Origin: Candidatus Hermodarchaeota archaeon
GTDB taxonomy: Archaea; Asgardarchaeota; Heimdallarchaeia; Hodarchaeales; Hodarchaeaceae
Length of the DNA: 11,780 nt
Direction: 5' to 3'
NCBI GenBank assembly: GCA_048886185.1
Contig: JBHLKY010000029.1
Span: 1 to 11,780, forward strand
Shown: positions 7,744 through 11,780 of the stretch, in pieces
How the letters are laid out: every line of letters starts with the position of its first letter
How positions within the stretch are numbered: position 1 is the first letter of the stretch
Notes under the pieces: generated by a model
Told to the model about the DNA's origin: nothing
The model's database searches: none
What the model saw: only the letters and a program-made list of their open reading frames with translations
Translations under genes and position numbers: made by a program

Positions 7744-8448
7744 ATGCAAGCAGTCATTTTAGCTGGTGGAAAGGGGACACGACTGGAACCCTATACTACC
7801 ATCCTCCCGAAACCTTTGATGCCTGTTGGTGATATCCCTATTTTGGAAATTATATTAAGACAATTGAAATATTATGGTTTTCATAAAATCATACTCGCTT
7901 TGGGGCATAAAGCAAAATTCATTACAACGTTTTTTGAAAATGGTACTGATTTGGGTTTAGATATTACCTATTCTTACGAAAAAGAGGATTTAGGGACTGC
8001 AGGACCATTAACATTAATCAAGAACTTAGAAGAGAATTTTATTGTCATGAATGGCGATATTCTAACTGACATGGATTATAATAATTTGTTTCAAACGCAT
8101 GTAAGCAAAAAAGCTCTAATTACCGTCGCTTCTTACTCTAAAACTATGAAAATTGATTTGGGTGTAATGAAAACGGAAGGAAACCGAATTGTTTCTTATA
8201 CTGAAAAACCTACAATGACATATCAAGTCAGTATGGGAATTTATGTATTTAACCGTCATGTTGTTGATTTCATTCCTCAAAATAAGCATTTTGACTTTCC
8301 TGACCTTATTAACAAGTTACTAAGTACTGGAGAATATGTTCACGTATTTAAACCTAAAAATTCGATTTGGCTTGATATAGGCCGTTTAGAGGATTTTAAA
8401 TTATCAGTTGAAGTATTTGAAAAGAATAAATCACGTTTTCTTCCATAA
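7744..8448 (+). CDS. Sugar-1-phosphate nucleotidyltransferase (NTP_transferase family; resembles the catalytic domain of PtmE/LegX and mannose-1-P guanylyltransferases)
   Basis: It carries the signature AVILAGGKGTRLEPYTTILPKPL, plus LGTAGPL, VMNGDILTD, EKP, SMGIYVF and WLDIGR. It has a single domain of 234 aa, with no CBS domains and no left-handed beta-helix. Confidence 0.92.
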   Translation: MQAVILAGGKGTRLEPYTTILPKPLMPVGDIPILEIILRQLKYYGFHKIILALGHKAKFITTFFENGTDLGLDITYSYEKEDLGTAGPLTLIKNLEENFIVMNGDILTDMDYNNLFQTHVSKKALITVASYSKTMKIDLGVMKTEGNRIVSYTEKPTMTYQVSMGIYVFNRHVVDFIPQNKHFDFPDLINKLLSTGEYVHVFKPKNSIWLDIGRLEDFKLSVEVFEKNKSRFLP

Positions 8449-8587
8449 AATAACAGAGATGTCTTCTTTATTCGTAAATGGATTAAGTATATTTCCAGTT
8501 AATATAGATCAATTTTTTGCTATCATCAGATTAGGAAACCAATTTTTTAGATATAATTTAGATTTTGTTTCTGTAATTTGACACAAG

Positions 8588-8611
8588 TTTTTAACACCAA
8601 AGAGTTAAAAA
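8588..8611. repeat. 8-bp inverted repeat TTTTTAAC-N8-GTTAAAAA
   Basis: It is read directly, 32 nt upstream of ATG 8644, and runs into an A8 tract (8607-8614). Confidence 0.45.
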
Positions 8612-8643
8612 AAAGAGAATTGAGCTATTAAAACTCGATCAGA

Positions 8644-9630
8644 ATGAACTGGAGTAGGAAAAAAGTATTAGTAACTGGTGCTGGCGGTTTCATTGGGAGT
8701 CATTTGGTGCAATTTCTAATGGAACTTGGGGCTGATGTTCGTGTTTTTGTCCGATACACTTCGAGTGGTAATGTTGGGAATTTAAAATTTTTATCTCAAT
8801 GTGATGAATTAGATTTTTTTTATGGGGATTTAAAGGATCCTTACGCTGTTAGAAAAGCTCTTAAAGATATAGATTATGTATTTCACTTAGCAGCTTTAAT
8901 TTCAATTCCTTATTCCTATTTAAATCCACGAGAATACTTTGAAAATAATGTAAAGTTTATTCTAAACATTCTACAAGCAATTGAAGATATTGGAACAGAG
9001 TTTGTCGTCCATACATCTACAAGTGAAGTATATGGAACAGCACAATATGTTCCTATTGACGAAAAACATCCTTTAACTGGACAATCTCCTTATTCAGCTA
9101 GTAAAATAGCTGCTGATAAGGTTGTGGAAAGTTTTTACTTGTCTTATGACTCCCCTGTCGCAATCTTACGGCCATTCAACAATTTCGGACCACGTCAATC
9201 TTTTCGAGCTGTAATTCCCACAATAATTGGACAATTACTCCGAGGCCATGATTTACGTTTAGGTGATATCTCTACAACGCGTGACTTTCTATATGTAAAA
9301 GATACAGTTCGAGGATTTACACGTATGGTAGAAAAACGTGAAATTACACAAGGTAAAACTATTAATATTGGTACAGGAAGAGAGGTGAGTATCGAAAGAG
9401 TAGCAAATTATTTGATTGCAGAAATCAATGATAAAGCTACCATTCTGCTTGATTCAACCAAATTACGCCCAAAAAAGAGTGAGGTTAGAAGACTTTGTGC
9501 GGATATTTCGCTGGCTAAAGAAATTCTAGATTGGAAACCTGTGTATTCTTTAGAGCAAGGTTTAAAGGAAACAATTGCATGGATAAAGGAAAATTTTTCT
9601 TTATATACACAGGATAGTGATTTTAAATAA
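8644..9630 (+). CDS. Extended-SDR NDP-sugar 4,6-dehydratase/epimerase, LegB-like
   Basis: Motifs are TGAGGFIGSHL, FHLAALISIPYSY, HTSTSEVYGTAQYVPIDEKHPL, QSPYSASKIAAD (YxxxK), RPFNNFGPRQS-RAVIPTII and RPKKSEVRRL. From recall this closely follows the Campylobacter LegB (GDP-GlcNAc 4,6-dehydratase) motif set. The substrate is not proven. Confidence 0.88.
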   Translation: MNWSRKKVLVTGAGGFIGSHLVQFLMELGADVRVFVRYTSSGNVGNLKFLSQCDELDFFYGDLKDPYAVRKALKDIDYVFHLAALISIPYSYLNPREYFENNVKFILNILQAIEDIGTEFVVHTSTSEVYGTAQYVPIDEKHPLTGQSPYSASKIAADKVVESFYLSYDSPVAILRPFNNFGPRQSFRAVIPTIIGQLLRGHDLRLGDISTTRDFLYVKDTVRGFTRMVEKREITQGKTINIGTGREVSIERVANYLIAEINDKATILLDSTKLRPKKSEVRRLCADISLAKEILDWKPVYSLEQGLKETIAWIKENFSLYTQDSDFK

Positions 9631-9660
9631 GATTTTTTCGCATTTAAGGAAATTTATGAA

Positions 9661-10812
9661 ATGACTAAGAAAATTCTTGTTTCAGATTTAGAATATGGTG
9701 AGGAAGAAGCAAAAGCGGTGGTTTCTGTTATCCGTAGTGAATGGATGACGATGGGACCAATTACCAATCAATTTGAAAAACTATTTGCCCAATATGTTGA
9801 ATCTCCATTTGCTATTGCTACTTCTAGTGGAACAGCAGCTTTACACTTATCTATAATGGAAGCAGGTATCAGTTCCAATGATGAAGTTATTACAACACCA
9901 ATTTCTTTTGTAGCCACCGCTAATTGCGTTCTCTATGAAGGTGCACGCCCAGTTTTTGCAGATATTGATCCCCTTACTTGGAACATTAATCCAGAGGCAA
10001 TTAGGAACTCTATCACCTCAAAAACAAAAGCAATCATTGCAGTTCACCTTGGTGGCCTTCCAATCGATGTTAATGAAATTATAGAAATATGTGAAGAAAA
10101 GGATTTGGTATTAATTGAGGATGCTGCTCATGCTATTGGGTCTCAATATAAGAATAAGCATGTTGGAAGATTTGGGGATTATGGATGTTTCTCTTTTTTT
10201 TCAAATAAAAATCTCTCAACAGGAGAGGGTGGGATGATAATTGTTCAAAACGCTGACAAATCTGAAAATTTACTCATTAGAAGGAGTCACGGCCTTACAA
10301 AGTCAACATGGAGCCGTCACATTAATTCAGTTCAAGAGGAAGATAACCTTTACGATATGACTCTATTGGGATATAATTATCGAATAGGAGAAGTACAGGC
10401 CGCATTGGGCATCCAACAATTAAAAAAAATCGATAAAATGAATGATCAACGTAGAAAGATTTATGATTACTATTGTAGACTTATTGAAGAGGAGAAATTA
10501 TCTAGCTTTATTCAAATTCAAGAGATTCCGAAGAATGTAACTCATGCTCATCACATCTTCCCAATTATTTTGAAAAAAGGAAATCGTAGGGAATTTCGGT
10601 CTTTTCTTCACAAAAGTGGAATACAAACGAGTATCCATTATACCCCTATTCCTGCGTTTTCTTACTATAGAAATCTCAATTATGATGTTTCCAAGTATCC
10701 TGTAGCAAATAATTATGGGAAGCGGGCTGTAACACTTCCTCTTCATCAGAAATTAACATATAAGGATGTTGACTATATCATTTCCACCATGAAAGTATTT
10801 TTTAAAAATTAA
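9661..10812 (+). CDS. DegT/DnrJ/EryC1/StrS family PLP-dependent aminotransferase (PseC/ArnB/Per-like, probable C4 aminotransferase)
   Basis: Motifs are SSGTAALHL, PISFVATAN, IEDAAHAIG, FSFFSNKNLSTGEGGM (PLP Lys), GYNYR, HHIFP and IHYTP. AAGGA lies at 9646-9650 upstream of the start. Confidence 0.92.
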   Translation: MTKKILVSDLEYGEEEAKAVVSVIRSEWMTMGPITNQFEKLFAQYVESPFAIATSSGTAALHLSIMEAGISSNDEVITTPISFVATANCVLYEGARPVFADIDPLTWNINPEAIRNSITSKTKAIIAVHLGGLPIDVNEIIEICEEKDLVLIEDAAHAIGSQYKNKHVGRFGDYGCFSFFSNKNLSTGEGGMIIVQNADKSENLLIRRSHGLTKSTWSRHINSVQEEDNLYDMTLLGYNYRIGEVQAALGIQQLKKIDKMNDQRRKIYDYYCRLIEEEKLSSFIQIQEIPKNVTHAHHIFPIILKKGNRREFRSFLHKSGIQTSIHYTPIPAFSYYRNLNYDVSKYPVANNYGKRAVTLPLHQKLTYKDVDYIISTMKVFFKN

Positions 10813-11780
10813 CTGGTTAGAAGGGAGTTAATAATTTTATATATTCTTTTTGAGGTATTTTCAATAGATGCTCGTTGAATAACTGTATTTCTATTTTCTT
10901 TTAAGGCTTCTATCATCTTTGGATAATTATCAATTGCTTTTTTAATCTTTGTTGTTAAATCCACTGGATTTTTTGGCTCGAAAATAAAACCGTTTATTTC
11001 TGGGTGAATCCATTCAAGATTATCAGGAAGATCAGTGATCACGGGAACTAAACAGGAACTAATTGCCTCAAGAAGTGAAACAGATGTGCTATCTGATAAT
11101 GATGTTGAGACATAAATATTTGCACTTACAAACTGTTGAATAAAATCTTGTTGTTCTGAAAATCTTCCTAAAAAATGAACATTGCCTTCAACTCCAAGGT
11201 CTTTTGTAATATCCTCAAGTTTTTGCTTTTGAGAACCATTACCAATTACAATAAAATCTATTTCTGGAAAAGCTTTAACAATTTCTGGAATAGCGTAAAT
11301 TAGAGTCTTGACATCATAAATTTCTTCAAGATGTCTTGTACTGATAACTTTAAATTTATCTGGTGTTTTATTTATCTCATTTTTCATAAAGATATGTGTA
11401 TTTACACCAAATGGAAGGAGTACTGCTCTTTTCTTCTTTTTTTCCATACCAATTACCTTTTCTATTTCTTTTCCTAAATTCTTTGAGTCATAAGTAATTG
11501 GAAATGCACTAAGGAGTGCAATTCTGTTAAGAAAATTAAAAATGCCATGTGCTTTATATAAATCAGATCCATAGACACTGAGAATATGGGGTTTATATCG
11601 AGAGATTGCTGCTATAAAACCATAAAAAGTTGTATAATGAGAGTGGATAATATCAGGCTTAATTTTTCTTACAAGAATAGGAAAAAAGAAAGCTAACTTG
11701 AGATAGCTTAAACCTCTATTCATACTCTTGAACACATATTGAATAGCTTTTAATCTTTCATCAGGGAGAATTGTTACAAC
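10809..11780 (-). CDS. GT4 family glycosyltransferase, 5'-truncated by the window edge
   Basis: Motifs are KPDIIHSHY, VYGSDL, PFGVNT, STRHLEEIYDVKTLI, IGNGSQ and YVSTSLSDSTSVSLLEA (D-x7-E variant of E-x7-E). The frame stays open from the track's GTG at 11735 to the window end (VVTILPDERLKAIQY), so the real start lies outside the window. Its stop codon overlaps the aminotransferase stop (TTAA 10809-10812). Confidence 0.9.
   Translation of the reverse strand, partial: VVTILPDERLKAIQYVFKSMNRGLSYLKLAFFFPILVRKIKPDIIHSHYTTFYGFIAAISRYKPHILSVYGSDLYKAHGIFNFLNRIALLSAFPITYDSKNLGKEIEKVIGMEKKKKRAVLLPFGVNTHIFMKNEINKTPDKFKVISTRHLEEIYDVKTLIYAIPEIVKAFPEIDFIVIGNGSQKQKLEDITKDLGVEGNVHFLGRFSEQQDFIQQFVSANIYVSTSLSDSTSVSLLEAISSCLVPVITDLPDNLEWIHPEINGFIFEPKNPVDLTTKIKKAIDNYPKMIEALKENRNTVIQRASIENTSKRIYKIINSLLTS

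Noticed and set aside
10498-10746. 82-aa minus-strand ORF
   Set aside because: It is an antisense shadow within the second aminotransferase with no motif.
8644-10812. Assigning gene symbols legB/legC or pseB/pseC
   Set aside because: The dehydratase is LegB-like, but the aminotransferase motif differs from LegC and the downstream pathway genes are absent. Substrates cannot be fixed from sequence alone.
1-11780. CRISPR array, tRNA/rRNA, IS element or prophage
   Set aside because: I see no regularly spaced repeats, no cloverleaf or rRNA-like GC-rich segment, no transposase or integrase ORF, and no terminal inverted repeats with target duplications.

Overview
This AT-rich window (roughly 30-33% GC by eye) is entirely occupied by a surface-glycan biosynthesis locus of nine genes in four alternating strand blocks. 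Block 1 (+) is a Gfo/Idh/MocA oxidoreductase plus a DegT-family aminotransferase, a likely 3-amino-sugar module of the WbpB/WbpE or GnnA/GnnB type. Block 2 (-) is a Wzx-like flippase, a 640-aa polytopic GT-C-like membrane protein of unknown function and a GT4 glycosyltransferase. Block 3 (+) is a sugar nucleotidyltransferase, a LegB-like 4,6-dehydratase and a second DegT aminotransferase, a likely 4-amino-4,6-dideoxy-sugar module. Block 4 (-) is a second GT4 whose 5' end runs off the window. An archaeal origin is inferred but not proven. I see no rRNA, tRNA, CRISPR array, transposase or integrase. The enzyme families are well known, and I cannot support a claim of a wholly new system. The best leads are the uncharacterised GT-C-like protein, the twice-repeated aminotransferase/GT4 tail-to-tail layout, an atypical LegB-like module with an altered SDR motif, and several intergenic palindrome and motif clusters.
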